From the NCBI GenBank assembly GCA_034520565.1, contig JAXHNL010000002.1, positions 672,001-736,000 of the forward strand: DNA of 64,000 nt, given 5' to 3'. The notes under the pieces were generated by a model, which searched no databases, was not told where the DNA came from, and saw only the letters and a list, made by a program, of their open reading frames with translations. Below, piece by piece: positions 40,975 through 51,018 of the stretch. Position 1 is the stretch's first letter. Every line of letters begins with the position of its first letter. This DNA is from Halodesulfurarchaeum sp. (GTDB lineage: Archaea; Halobacteriota; Halobacteria; Halobacteriales; Halobacteriaceae). Made by a program: the position numbers and the translations under genes.

Positions 40975-41230
40975 ATTTCCGAGGGGAAGGAACCGCGTCG
41001 GACTGTTTGATCGCCGCCCGATTCGCCCGGCTGATTCGGCGGTTGTCCTGGACGATCTCGATCACGCCGTCGCCGTCGATCTCGTCGGAGCCCTTGAGCA
41101 GTCGCAGGCTCTCCTGGGCCGATTTGCGGGTCTCGAAACCCCATTTCCCGAGTGAAATCGCGACCGTTGCAGCTCCACCGAGGGCACCGCCGAGGGCCGG
41201 GATCGCGATCGAGGCCACGTCTCCCGTCAT
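40967..41230 (-). CDS. Small single-TM provirus protein
   Basis: 87 aa, N-terminal TM helix, overlaps downstream gene. Confidence 0.6.
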   Translation of the reverse strand: MTGDVASIAIPALGGALGGAATVAISLGKWGFETRKSAQESLRLLKGSDEIDGDGVIEIVQDNRRISRANRAAIKQSDAVPSPRKYE

Positions 41231-41622
41231 GCGGCTCTGGCGGCGAGCTCGGCGTAGTCACTCAGCAGAACCAGCACGAGCAGAAGGACGAGAACCCACG
41301 CCCACCACGGGACGGCCCCCGGCTACCGACCCACCGCCGCCGGAGTCCTCGCCAGCGCCGAACGTGTCGCCGAACCAGTCGAGCGGGCCGGTCGACAGTA
41401 GTCCTCCGGGTCCGTTGACTGGCCGCCGTCGTTCTCTGACGACCCACCGGGGAGGTTCTGGCCGCCGTCCACCGTCGGAGCTCCGACACCGCCCGCGTCA
41501 TCGCCCCAGGTGAACGTATCGGCCCACCAGTCCCACGTCGTGTGGCTCGGCTCTTGAGACCCGCCGCCGGGTATCGGGTTGTCGGGTGTGACCGGAAACC
41601 CGATCGAGGTCTGCCGGGTCAC
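41227..41622 (-). CDS. Provirus structural protein with C-terminal TM anchor (frameshifted)
   Basis: MTRQTSIGFP...; C-terminal VVGVGSRPSARAGSAE/hydrophobic stretch across frames. Confidence 0.45.
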
Positions 41623-42451
41623 CGGTCAGGCCGCCCTCGAGAACCATCACAGCCACCCTGATTAACCGCCAGCGCCCCGCCGCCGATTACCCCGGCGGCG
41701 ATGAGCCAGACCGTCGGACGAGACAAGTTTCCGGCCCCATCGCCCGGGTTTTCGAGGAAGGTAACGATCTCCTCCCGGGCCTGTTCCACGTCCTCCGTCG
41801 AGGTCGGCAGTTCCTCGGGAACGTTGGGCTCACCATCACCGTCGGTGTCGAACAGGTCGGAGTCGTCGTTTCCGGTAAACCACTCGTCGCCGATGATCGC
41901 CTGATCGCCGTCCTCCGTCTCGACGGTTTCCGAGTCGTCCATGTTGTCGAGCCGAGGGTCGTCGTCCGGCAGGGTCGGCACGCTCTCGGGGTCGCTCCGG
42001 CTCCCTGTCGTCGTCCTCGTCGGTCGGGTCGCTGCGAGTTCGGCGTACTCTGGCGCTCCCAGTCGTCGCCGTCGTCCGAGCCGGTGCTACTCGAGGAGCC
42101 GCCGGAGTCGTCCGGGTCGGTCGTCGTGAGCCCGCCGTCGTCGGAGCTGGTCGAGTCCGTCGAATCGGCGGCGTCCTCGATCGAGTCCTGTATGTTTCCG
42201 AGACCGAAACCCGAGTCCGTGGTGTCGTCGTTCACGTCGTCGGGGTCGTCGTACACGTCGTTGGGCTCCGTCTCCTCCGTCGTCTCGTTATCCGACTCCC
42301 ACGAATCGCTCCCCGGCTCCTGCTCGTCCGGGACGTAATCGCGGGGGTCGTCGTCGTACAGGTCGGCGGTGTCGTCGCTCGTGTCCGTCGTCGTGAGCCC
42401 GAAGTCGTCCGTGTCTGTGCTTCCGCCGCCTCCTGTGGGTGCTATGTACAT
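41619..42451 (-). CDS. Acidic D/T/S-rich protein with C-terminal TM anchor (frameshifted)
   Basis: Low-complexity acidic N-terminus joined to ...TVWLIAAGVIGGGALAV. Confidence 0.6.
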
Positions 42452-42586
42452 CTATTTGCCTCCGTAGTGGTAGATAAGGGCCGCCAGCCCGGCCAGCGCG
42501 ATCGCGGCCAGCATGTTGTCGTTGAGGGTGATGCTCGGGCCCGGTTCGGGGCTTGAATCGGGGATAGATTCAGCGGGGACGGTCAT
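42452..42586 (-). CDS. 44-aa single-TM microprotein
   Basis: MTVPAESIPDSSPEPGPSITLNDNMLAAIALAGLAALIYHYGGK*. Confidence 0.55.
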   Translation of the reverse strand: MTVPAESIPDSSPEPGPSITLNDNMLAAIALAGLAALIYHYGGK

Positions 42587-43489
42587 GGTGTAACGATCAC
42601 TCCACTCGTTCCGTTACCTCCATCTCCGCCGTTTCCGCCGTTATCCGAAGTCCCTCCAACACCCCCGGAACCGCCCGAAACCGAGAGGTTCCCGTTATTC
42701 GTATACATCGAGGCAGAAATTTGAATATATCCGCCGTCGCCGCCGCCACCGCCGCCGCCTGCCCCTGCGGCTGACGAGTTTCCGCCATTCGCTCCGTCTC
42801 CGCCCTCTGCGAGAACGCTCCCATTTATTTCAACAGACGGAGCCGACAGGATAATCAGGCCGCCACCGTGGCCTCCGTTCCCACCGTTAGCCCCGCCGTC
42901 ATATTCGTCCCCTCCCCCTCCACCGCCTGCCGCCGCCACTTCCGGCGTAACGGCCGAGGTTTGCGATAGTCAGAGGGAGGATATTGTCGTCTGTCGAGAT
43001 CTTGCAAAACGTCCAATAGCCACGGGTCCGGCGACACAGACTGCCCATCTGCACCATTACCGCCGCTTCCGCTTGCGTCCGAGTCGCCGCCGCCACCCCC
43101 ACCGGCCGATGTGCCTCCATTGCTACCGTTTCCACCGTCTGTACCTCCGCCTCCGCCACCATTTCCACCGCCACCGATGTACCAGCCAGCCGCACCCTGA
43201 TCTCCGGAGTATCCGTTATCGCAACCAGAACTTGAACAACCACTTCCGCCAGAACCACCGCCAGCGACAGCGGTTGCTTGAGTGTCCCATCGATTTTCGA
43301 TTTTCTCGGAGGCCATGATGATCGTCACATCCGGAGATGAAACGGTAACGCCATCCTCTACCGTGTCGGTCTTGCACCCAACTACCCGTTTTTCCGTGGT
43401 TGAGGATGACCGAAACGGTGTCGGCCTCAGACGGCATCCCGTATTTGACCACATGCGCCGCCACCGCCGCCGCCGATAAGTCCCGCCAT
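42583..43489 (-). CDS. Glycine-rich putative spike/receptor-binding protein (frameshifted)
   Basis: Many GGxGG repeats with beta-strand linkers (GGLIILSAPSVEINGSVLAEGG). Confidence 0.65.
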
Positions 43490-43927
43490 TTAGGCCACCT
43501 ACGTGAGAAACGTGTAATCGTGTCCACGCTGTCCTCCAACTGGACCCGGATTTGTGAGCGGTCGGCCACCTGAGCCGTGTAAGACGACCCGGGGCTCAGT
43601 CGGACGGTTGGAGAGTCCGACAGACCGACCTTTACAGGGGCGTTGTTGTCCGGGTCAGCCTGAACGACGACCGCCACACCGTCCGGCACGGCACCCGCTG
43701 AAAGCGCCTGTACGTTCGTATCGCCGGGGGAAACGGAGTTGTCGTACCCGTTCGAGTAATTGCCTTGGTTGGTCTCGATCGTGCCGGCAGTCGTATCTAT
43801 CGAGTCGAGAATGGACCGGACGAGTTCGAGCCGTTCGTCGCTGGCGGGGTGGGCGAGGTCTTCTCGGAGTCCTCGACCTCATCGACGTCCCGATACTCCC
43901 CACCTCGCCGCGTTGCTCAAGCGGCAT
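43490..43927 (-). CDS. Putative beta-rich structural protein (frameshifted)
   Basis: VPDGVAVVVQADPDNNAPVKVG...LSPGSSYTAQV..RSQIRVQ beta-strand pattern. Confidence 0.55.
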
Positions 43928-43928
43928 T

Positions 43929-44297
43929 TTACTCCTCCCACCCCACGGGCTGGATGTGGTAGATTTCGGAGCCGGTCGCCGACGACAGCCGTTTTACCGT
44001 GACTTCCAGCTTTGTCGTCCACTCCTGCGGCGGCCACCACGTCGTGCTCAGGTCGTCAATATCCGTCGGCGGAATGGCGTGATCGGGGCCGTAGATGATG
44101 CCGCCGTCGGCCTTCACCGTATAAGTCGAATCTCGGTGTTTCGACGCCCCGAGCGTCGGCATGAAGAACGTCGTTCCCGACTGTGAGGGGGTCCACGTCG
44201 CCGTGACCTTCTGGCCCGGCTCCAAGACCGCCGTGTACGGGTCGTTGTAGGGAACGGCCCCCTCGTTTGGGAAGTTCTCATCGGGGTAGACCGTCAC
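43929..44297 (-). CDS. Putative penton/vertex jelly-roll structural protein
   Basis: Intact 122-aa beta-rich ORF downstream of the MCP genes. Confidence 0.55.
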   Translation of the reverse strand: MTVYPDENFPNEGAVPYNDPYTAVLEPGQKVTATWTPSQSGTTFFMPTLGASKHRDSTYTVKADGGIIYGPDHAIPPTDIDDLSTTWWPPQEWTTKLEVTVKRLSSATGSEIYHIQPVGWEE

Positions 44298-44394
44298 GGG
44301 TCGGCCCTCCCGTCGGCGTCGAACCGGCGGCCCTTGGCCTGTTCCTCCTCGGTCTCGTCCATGTCCTCGATCTCGATCTTTGCTTTCTCGGCCA

Positions 44395-44646
44395 TCACTC
44401 GCTTACCTCCACGTACAGCAGTAGCGCGAACATTGCCACGTTGAGACCCGCCGAAATGACCAGTACATCCTCCCGAGTCCAGCCGGTATTAGCGAAAAAT
44501 GAATCGAGGTGGCTCAAATCGGCCAACTCACCGGAGACTTGGGTAGGGGTGTTATCGGGCCCGGATACCGTCGAATCCGTGGCCCCTTCGGTCATTGCGG
44601 CGGAAGTCAGCCCGTACCCCACGGCGGGGCTGGCTCCGCCTTCCAT
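44395..44646 (-). CDS. Small structural membrane protein
   Basis: 83 aa, C-terminal TM (VLVISAGLNVAMFALLLYV). Confidence 0.6.
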   Translation of the reverse strand: MEGGASPAVGYGLTSAAMTEGATDSTVSGPDNTPTQVSGELADLSHLDSFFANTGWTREDVLVISAGLNVAMFALLLYVEVSE

Positions 44647-44649
44647 GCG

Positions 44650-45374
44650 TTACTGCCGTCCTGCGATCGACCCGATGAAACCACCGAGTCCCTGAATTTC
44701 GTCCCTCGCCCGATAGATGGGGAGGGAGGCGGGCGTTCGCCGGGGTGGCCGAACCACCTTCCTCGGACCAGCGAGACCGCATAGGGTGCGTTCATGCGGA
44801 TTTCGAGGTCCCAGTCGGTCGGTACGACGCCCTGATACGGGTGCCGGAAATCGAACTCCAGCGGGTTCTTGTGCTGGTCGCGGAGGTTCTTGAGCCCCAT
44901 GTCGTCCTCGTCCAGCGGCTCGGGACGTTCCGGGGCGAGACCTTCCGAATGACGAGGGTGGCCTGATCCTGCACCATATACCAAGCGTGGAGCGTGGTAT
45001 CGGTGCCGGTACTGGTGAAATCGAACTCGTTGGCGTCGTAGTCCACCGAGTCCGGCGAGACCCGAGTCCCGCCCTCGAACAGCACGAGGTCGTCGGCCAC
45101 CGTGTCGGAGTTCACGAGATCGTGGAGAGGCTGAACGTCTCCGTGTTGTCAGCGGTGCCGTCGGTCGTGAAACTTTCGTAGGCCGGAATATCGGCGTCGT
45201 AGGGGACGCCTTCACGACGATCGGGCGCTCGGCCTTGATCGAGGCGACGACCGACTCCTCGTCCACCGTGTTGGCTGCCGGTCCATGTCCCGACCGGAGA
45301 CGCGATCGGGCGACCGGCACGTTGGCGAGTGCCTGCCGGATGCGTTCGGCTTCCGATTTGCCCTTTCCCGGCAT
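44650..45374 (-). CDS. Large major capsid protein (SH1/HHIV-2 VP4-like; frameshifted)
   Basis: Joined frames give ESFTTDGTADNTETFSL...VDYDANEFDF...TLHAWY...LEIRMNAPYAVRW, resembling sphaerolipovirus VP4 as recalled; adjacent to the small MCP. Confidence 0.7.
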
Positions 45375-45377
45375 GAT

Positions 45378-45881
45378 TCACACCACCCGGACGGCGTTGC
45401 GGTTGATGAGAAAGCCGACTGCGACCATCGATCTGGTCCACCGACAGGATGGAAACGTGCAGGTCGTCGATGTCCCGGACGGTGAGCTGGGGCATCTTCC
45501 CTCTGCGAGTGCCTGATCGGTGTTCTTGAGCTGCACCTTTGTCCGGTCGATGTACTCCTCGTCCTGCTGCTCGTTCAGGCTGAGAGCGTTGAACGGCCGG
45601 ATATGGTCCAGTTTGAAGGTGACGACCTGCGGCTGATCCATCCCGGGAGCTTCGTACTGGAAGGCCAGCACGGTGTCATCCGGGAGGGTCTGGCCGTCGG
45701 CCCGCCGGAGATCGGCGGCGATCGGGAAGCCACGGGCCGACCCCGAAGAGACCATTCCGAGATGACGAGCGCGAGCCCGTCCATCGGGGAGAACGTCAGG
45801 ATCGGCGACAGGACGCCCGTGGTGTTCGTTCTCGGTCGCTTCGACTTCGGTGCTCGTCTTGTTGCTGAGCTGCTTCGTCAT
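45378..45881 (-). CDS. Small major capsid protein (P23-77 VP16/SH1 VP7-like; frameshifted)
   Basis: PIAADLRRADGQTLPDDTVLAFQYEAPGMDQP...FNALSLNEQQDEEY resembles the L.D..G..LP..T motif of single-jelly-roll small MCPs as recalled. Confidence 0.75.
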   Translation of the reverse strand: MTKQLSNKTSTEVEATENEHHGRPVADPDVLPDGRARARHLGMVSSGSARGFPIAADLRRADGQTLPDDTVLAFQYEAPGMDQPQVVTFKLDHIRPFNALSLNEQQDEEYIDRTKVQLKNTDQALAEGRCPSSPSGTSTTCTFPSCRWTRSMVAVGFLINRNAVRVV

Positions 45882-45884
45882 CAG

Positions 45885-46171
45885 TTACCCGCCCCAGGTC
45901 CGTGATCGTGCTTGACACCGACGCGCTCGGCGAGCTTGTCAGCGGTGTAGAGCCCGCCGCGCATCTGGATTTCCCGCGTGTAGGCCGGCGAGTCAGGTGG
46001 CCCCGATCATGACGAGAAGGCCGTGATCTCTTCGGGGAGGTCGAAAGGCGAGTTCGGTTCGATGATGTTCTTTGCGACGGTCCCGGCCAGGAAGGCCGCG
46101 AAGACCGCGACGATCTGCATCCACTCCTCGGTGTCGAGGAGGGCTTCGAATTGCGACTGTAGTTCTGGCAT
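45885..46171 (-). CDS. Small virion membrane protein (frameshifted)
   Basis: MPELQSQFEALLDTEEWMQIVAVFAAFLAGTVAKN...; immediately upstream of the MCPs. Confidence 0.55.
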
Positions 46172-46327
46172 GCTACACTCGACACCTTCGAGAGTGGCTG
46201 TAAAGGGCGAGCAGGCGAGGAAGGGAGCTATTCGGCGCGAATGGTGAAGTTTACTCCCGAGGTCTAATAATTGATTTTGGGCCGTTTCCAGCCCTAGCTT
46301 TTTCCTTGTAGGATTTGATCGGTGACT

Positions 46328-46806
46328 ATGACGTCCGCTTCAGACATTGAGCAAACCCTTCTCAGTTCAAATCCATCAGATTGGATATGAATGAGGTCGA
46401 GTGGGGCTTAGCAAATGAAATCGACGAGATGGGTCCCACCCGAGTTGTAGCAGTTTATGAACAAGATGTTCAACTTCGTGTTGAACAAGGAAAGGTGGCT
46501 GTCCAGAACTTCCAAGAAGAATGGAGTGATCGGTACCCAGATAATGAGAATAACACGAGCTTTAGCTTCTGGGTCATTTATGATAGATCTCCAATTGATC
46601 ATCAAGTCATTGCTATCAGTCGATGGCGGTAGAGCATGGATTCCAGTCCCTGACCGCCCTGAATCTCTGACGAACCGTGGACGATTTCCCCGTACAAAAA
46701 CGCAATCGGAGGTGCGGTAAATAGGGACTATTCCTCTTATCAAGATCACCTTAGGAGGGCCGGTATTGAGGTGAGGTAACGAAGAATTTCCTTCAATTCA
46801 TCATAA
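46328..46806 (+). CDS. AT-rich inserted gene on the opposite strand (frameshifted; ends approximate)
   Basis: Low-GC ORF fragments 46381-46632 and 46457-46720. Confidence 0.45.
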
Positions 46807-46808
46807 CC

Positions 46809-46943
46809 TCAGTCGTGTTCTCGGAGGAGCTCATCGATTACCTTCGGATTTGAAGGTTCGTACCCAAGCTCTTTCGCCAAATCTGCCTTTATCTCTTGAA
46901 ATCGGCTCGCCTGATCGCCGTATAACTTGATATGTTCGACCAT
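46809..46943 (-). CDS. 44-aa RHH-like protein
   Basis: MVEHIKLYGDQASRFQEIKADLAKELGYEPSNPKVIDELLREHD; coupled to the ATPase stop. Confidence 0.55.
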   Translation of the reverse strand: MVEHIKLYGDQASRFQEIKADLAKELGYEPSNPKVIDELLREHD

Positions 46944-47717
46944 TAGAATGGCTGCGCAAGTTCGTGATCTGATCCACCGAAATGGGGGCTCTGCATGTCG
47001 ATATTGGCCGAATTCTTCCGTACCATCGTCCCCGAATCGTCCGAATAGATCCACTCGGACATGACGACCTGGCCGTTTTCCTCCCGCTTCCGGAGCGGTA
47101 CCGGCCCATCCTCGGAGTGATGCACCGACTCGGGAAGGTCGTAGATCGGGCCGTCGGCCAGGGGTTGTGCACCTCTTCATTGTACTCGGTCCCAAGCCGA
47201 TTTCGATCGCTTCGGTCCTTGAACCCACCGTAGAGGGAGGCGTTCGTCTGCGAGATGACCGTGTTGTGCAGCTCCTGGAAGCCGCTGGGTGATCCAGATC
47301 GAGGAGACGCCACCCCGGCCGGTCGTCGCGAGCAGCTTGATCGCCTCGAGGAGCTTGGACTGTTGATCGGCCACGGAGTGCGCCTCGTCGACGACCACGA
47401 GCCCCTGGCCGTCAAGCAGCCGCATTGCCGCTGCGACGTCCTGCGGCGACCTGCCGCCAGGCGCTGGTCGAGCAGCTCGGGCAGGTGCGGACTGTCCCGT
47501 TCTGTCGAAAGACCTCAGCCCAGGCCTCGGGTGAGGAGCTGTGCCTCCCGGTCGCCTACGGCCACATCGGACGCCAGCCCGCTCTTTACCAGCCCCGAAA
47601 CTCGTCGTTGTAGTCGAGGATCGCGGCGTACTCGACGTCATCGAGGTTGTCTTCGACGGTGGCCTGCCCGACGTCGGATTTGCCCCATCCGCTTTGGGCG
47701 GCGATGAGCTGGCGCAT
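46943..47717 (-). CDS. Genome-packaging ATPase, FtsK/HerA superfamily (frameshifted)
   Basis: Walker A AQSGWGKS, ILDYNDEF, Walker B LVVVDEAH, Arg finger TTGR, IWITQR. Confidence 0.85.
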
Positions 47718-47718
47718 G

Positions 47719-48287
47719 CTACTCGGCGAGTTCTTCGAGGGCGTCCTCGGCCGCCTGAAAGTTCGCCTCGAACACCTTGCACTGGATGGCCGTGGCACCG
47801 ACCCAAGCGACGACCTCGGCGACGAAGGTCCGAAGGTCGACGTCGAACTGCTGCCGGAACGCTGGACGGCGATCTCCGCGTCGGTCATCCCCTCGACCTG
47901 CTCGGGGACCCTGTTCGCGGTACATCTGCCGGCAGTCCCTGATCCGCTGCTCGATCTTCGCCGTCCATTTGCAGGTACTCGACCAGCCGGTCGGGCCCGT
48001 CGACGTGCCCGCCGATTACCGTTGCGGCCCACCGCTCGGCCAGCTGCATTTCTGCGGCGGCTTCGATGAACCCGAGGAGCATGTCCTGGCGGGCGTCGAC
48101 TGGCACCGGGTCGAGATCGACGTCCTGGTCGTGAGCGTCGGCGACCTGATTCACCCGCTCGATCAGCGCGGCCTCGTGCTCGGCGAAAATCCGGGATGGC
48201 CCGTGTCGCGCCCATCTCCGCGATATCGATGGACTGGATGGCCTGCTTGATTGCCTGCTCTTTTGCCGTATTGAAGGGGTTACGCAT
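47719..48287 (-). CDS. Provirus hypothetical protein (frameshifted)
   Basis: Coding fragments in three frames, MRNPFNTAKE...EELAE. Confidence 0.5.
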
Positions 48288-49167
48288 CGGATCGCACCCC
48301 CGGCAACGTCGGCGGCCACTCGATCGAGGAAGTCGGTCTCGTCACCGATACAGTCCCGGCGATGATAAGGGGAGCCAAATAGGACCTGCTGGCCGGGGTC
48401 CATCTCGCCCATGTCTCGCTCGGCAGCCCACTCGTCGACTGCCTCGTCGAGCCCAAGATCGTGAGCCATCGCCTGGGGATTGGTCCCCTCCATATCCCCG
48501 CCTTGGCGCTTGACGACCGTTGAGAGGAGGTATCCAGCGTCCGGACGTACATCTCACCCCACCCCACGCCGCCCGCTCGGCTGGTCGACTGTGACAGCTC
48601 CTCGGTGGTCTGCTCTTCTTCTCCGTCGGATTCTTCGTCCTCTTCTTCGGCACCGGCCCCGGCCGCCTCCTCGATCTCGTCGGCGACGGCTGAAAGGTCG
48701 GCCATCTCGTCGCCCTCGATCTCGGGAACGTCTTCGTCGACGGTCTCGGGCTCCGGCTGCTCGACGTCGACGTCTTCCTCGGCGGTGCTCATGCCCCAGG
48801 CCGGCTCCATCCTCGGGGAGTTGGCCTCTTGGTCGATGTCTTCGTCGGTCACCATCTCGGTATGGTCGGGATCCTGAGAGGATCGCTCTCCCCGTCGCCC
48901 ATGTAGCGATCGAGAAGGACCAAGATCACGACCAGACCGGCCAAGAGCGAGGGTCGTCTTGTCGACCGAGGGAACGAGCGCCCCGACCGCCCCGGAAAGG
49001 GCCCCTTCAGGGCCCTCGGTGAGCCCCTTCGAAGCGCCTTTCGAAGGGCTGCCGTCCCTGGCTTTGCCTCCCTCGTCGTCGGTCTCCTCGTCGGAGGGGC
49101 CGCTACCGCCCTGACTACCGCCCTGATACTGTGCTCGTTGGCGCTCGATCTCGTCCTCGGTTGGCAT
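48280..49167 (-). CDS. Acidic membrane-anchored provirus protein(s); probably two frameshifted genes
   Basis: E/D-rich segments; hydrophobic stretches near 48930 and 48350. Confidence 0.45.
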   Translation of the reverse strand: MPTEDEIERQRAQYQGGSQGGSGPSDEETDDEGGKARDGSPSKGASKGLTEGPEGALSGAVGALVPSVDKTTLALGRSGRDLGPSRSLHGRRGERSSQDPDHTEMVTDEDIDQEANSPRMEPAWGMSTAEEDVDVEQPEPETVDEDVPEIEGDEMADLSAVADEIEEAAGAGAEEEDEESDGEEEQTTEELSQSTSRAGGVGWGEMYVRTLDTSSQRSSSAKAGIWRGPIPRRWLTILGSTRQSTSGLPSETWARWTPASRSYLAPLIIAGTVSVTRPTSSIEWPPTLPGVRSDA

Positions 49168-49177
49168 GTCGTCGTTT

Positions 49178-49537
49178 TCAGGGGCCCCTTGCAGGTCCCT
49201 CGTCGGGGCCCTCGTCTTCCCCTTCGAGGTCCCTGCCGTCCCCGGCTTCGGCCCCTTCGTTTTCGGTCTCCTGGTCGGTCGATTCTTCCGAGGGGGCGCT
49301 ACCGCCCTTCTCGGGGGCCCTTGCAGGGCCCTCTTCGGGGCCCTCGGGGGCGCTCTTCGAGGACGCGCCGTCCCCGGCTTTGGGGCCTCGTCCCCTCGGT
49401 CTGTTGCCTCTTCATCGAGACGGGCCCGGATAGCGGCCCAAGGGGTGGTCGTTGCTGGCGTTGACGTGCCCCTGAAGATTGCTTATCGCGGGGAAGTCGC
49501 GGCCGCATTCGGGGCACTTGATGGGTGTCTCAGTCAT
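49178..49537 (-). CDS. C2H2 zinc-finger protein with acidic EGP-repeat tail (frameshifted; end approximate)
   Basis: KCPECGRDFPAISNLQGHVNASNDH. Confidence 0.65.
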
Positions 49538-49559
49538 TCGATAACTGCGTGCATTGGAT

Positions 49560-49748
49560 TCAATTGAGAAGCCGTCCGAGATAGGCAGCGGCAAGCACCC
49601 GGATTATTTCGCCGTCTGGGGGTTCATCGCCCCAGAGTCGAACGTCCTCCTCGATGCGATCGAGGTCATCGTGGATCTGCTCTTTCGCCGCTTCGAAGGT
49701 TTCCGCCTGATCTTGGTTTGAGAATGCGATCTGCTTCGTTGGACTCAT
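49560..49748 (-). CDS. 62-aa hypothetical (possibly RHH-like) protein
   Basis: Intact small ORF, MSPTKQIAFSNQDQAETF. Confidence 0.55.
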   Translation of the reverse strand: MSPTKQIAFSNQDQAETFEAAKEQIHDDLDRIEEDVRLWGDEPPDGEIIRVLAAAYLGRLLN

Positions 49749-50509
49749 CCGGGAGGTCCTCTTTCGTGATTGATTCGCCCCGAGTTCGTCGAACGTGAGG
49801 GTACCTGGCCGTACTGATCGCTGATATCGTTAATCGCCGCAGCGGCTCGTTTGGCCTCGCCCAGGCCGGCTTTGAACTGCGTCCATTGGCTGCTCAGGCC
49901 CTGGTACGGCCCGGAAGCCCACCCGTAGAGGGGTCGGCCTCTTCGTCGTCGAGAATGTTCTCGACCTGTTCCTCGGAAAACCCGCAGGACTCGCTCAGGA
50001 ACTCGCAGGCGTCGGGATCGCCGTGACGGCAGTAGCCTTCGGCGTGGTTGCACTCCTCGGCTTCCGCCGTTCGTGCAGCTCGACCGGCTCGTTCGACCCC
50101 GCTCTCTTCGCTATCGAGTTGCTTTCCGCCGATCGGGTAGCTCGTTCGTCGAAGATCGAGCGGTGTTCGTCGACTTCGAGAGTGGGGTCGAAGTACGACA
50201 GCCAGTCGTAACCCCCTTATCCAGAGCAATCCCCTTCACCGCCTGAGCTTTCGGCACGTTGACGCCGTCTTTCGAAAAGTCCAGCCGGTCGCGCTCCCCG
50301 TCGTCGAGGGGCACCTGACCGGACTTTTCCCCCTCTTCGGCGACCTCATCGAAGGCCGCACGTTCGGCCTCTTCGATCACCCGATTGGGGCCATCGCCCC
50401 GGAATTGGACAGTCTTGAGCCGGGCGTCGTCGTCCGGACAGATCGCGTCGGGATGCTCCTCGCGGAAGTGGTCGGCGGTGGCCTTGTGCTCGAATTCGAC
50501 AGCAGTCAC
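49745..50509 (-). CDS. Provirus hypothetical protein (frameshifted)
   Basis: MTAVEFEHKA... joined to ECNHAEGYCRHGDPDACEFLSESCG fragment. Confidence 0.55.
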
Positions 50510-50528
50510 AGCCCTTCCCCCGCTCCAA

Positions 50529-50822
50529 TTATGTGCAATTCCTTGGAGATGTGGTGATAGTGGCCCGGACAGTCGGGAACCGGGCAGGCAACAGGCGGAT
50601 TACTCGTCGCTCCCATCGGTCTCCTCGACCCACTTGAATTGGCTTTCGTCGGGGTTCTCCTCGGTCGCCGTTCGATGGCTGCGGATCTCTTCGTAAGCGG
50701 CCCACGCGCCGGTTTTGGCGTCGCAGGCCCGTCGCCAGGACCCAATAGGCGACCGCGAAAGCGGCCACGGCGAACACCAAAATCAGCTCACTTTCTCGAA
50801 AATCGAGGCTGTATGTCACCAT
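50529..50822 (-). CDS. First gene of the leftward operon; N-terminal TM protein
   Basis: LILVFAVAAFAVAYWVLA; AT-rich upstream region. Confidence 0.5.
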   Translation of the reverse strand: MVTYSLDFRESELILVFAVAAFAVAYWVLATGLRRQNRRVGRLRRDPQPSNGDRGEPRRKPIQVGRGDRWERRVIRLLPARFPTVRATITTSPRNCT

Positions 50823-51018
50823 ACAGTCGGGTGTTTCGACTAGATTTGTATAACTTTGTTGTAATTAATAGATAAGTTATTAACCACGTTTTGACATGGG
50901 AAACGGACCTAGGTCGCAAAAGTTTAGACGCCCTTCTATCCAATACTGGGCAGTAGAAGGGCCGAAAAGGGGAGATTAGAAAAACCATCCCAATGCTTTT
51001 GCGTTAGGGTAGTGAAGG

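Noticed and set aside
48990-49440. Recurring GGGGCCC motif as iterons or a DNA repeat
   Set aside because: Explained by low-complexity Glu-Gly-Pro/Gly-Ala coding repeats.
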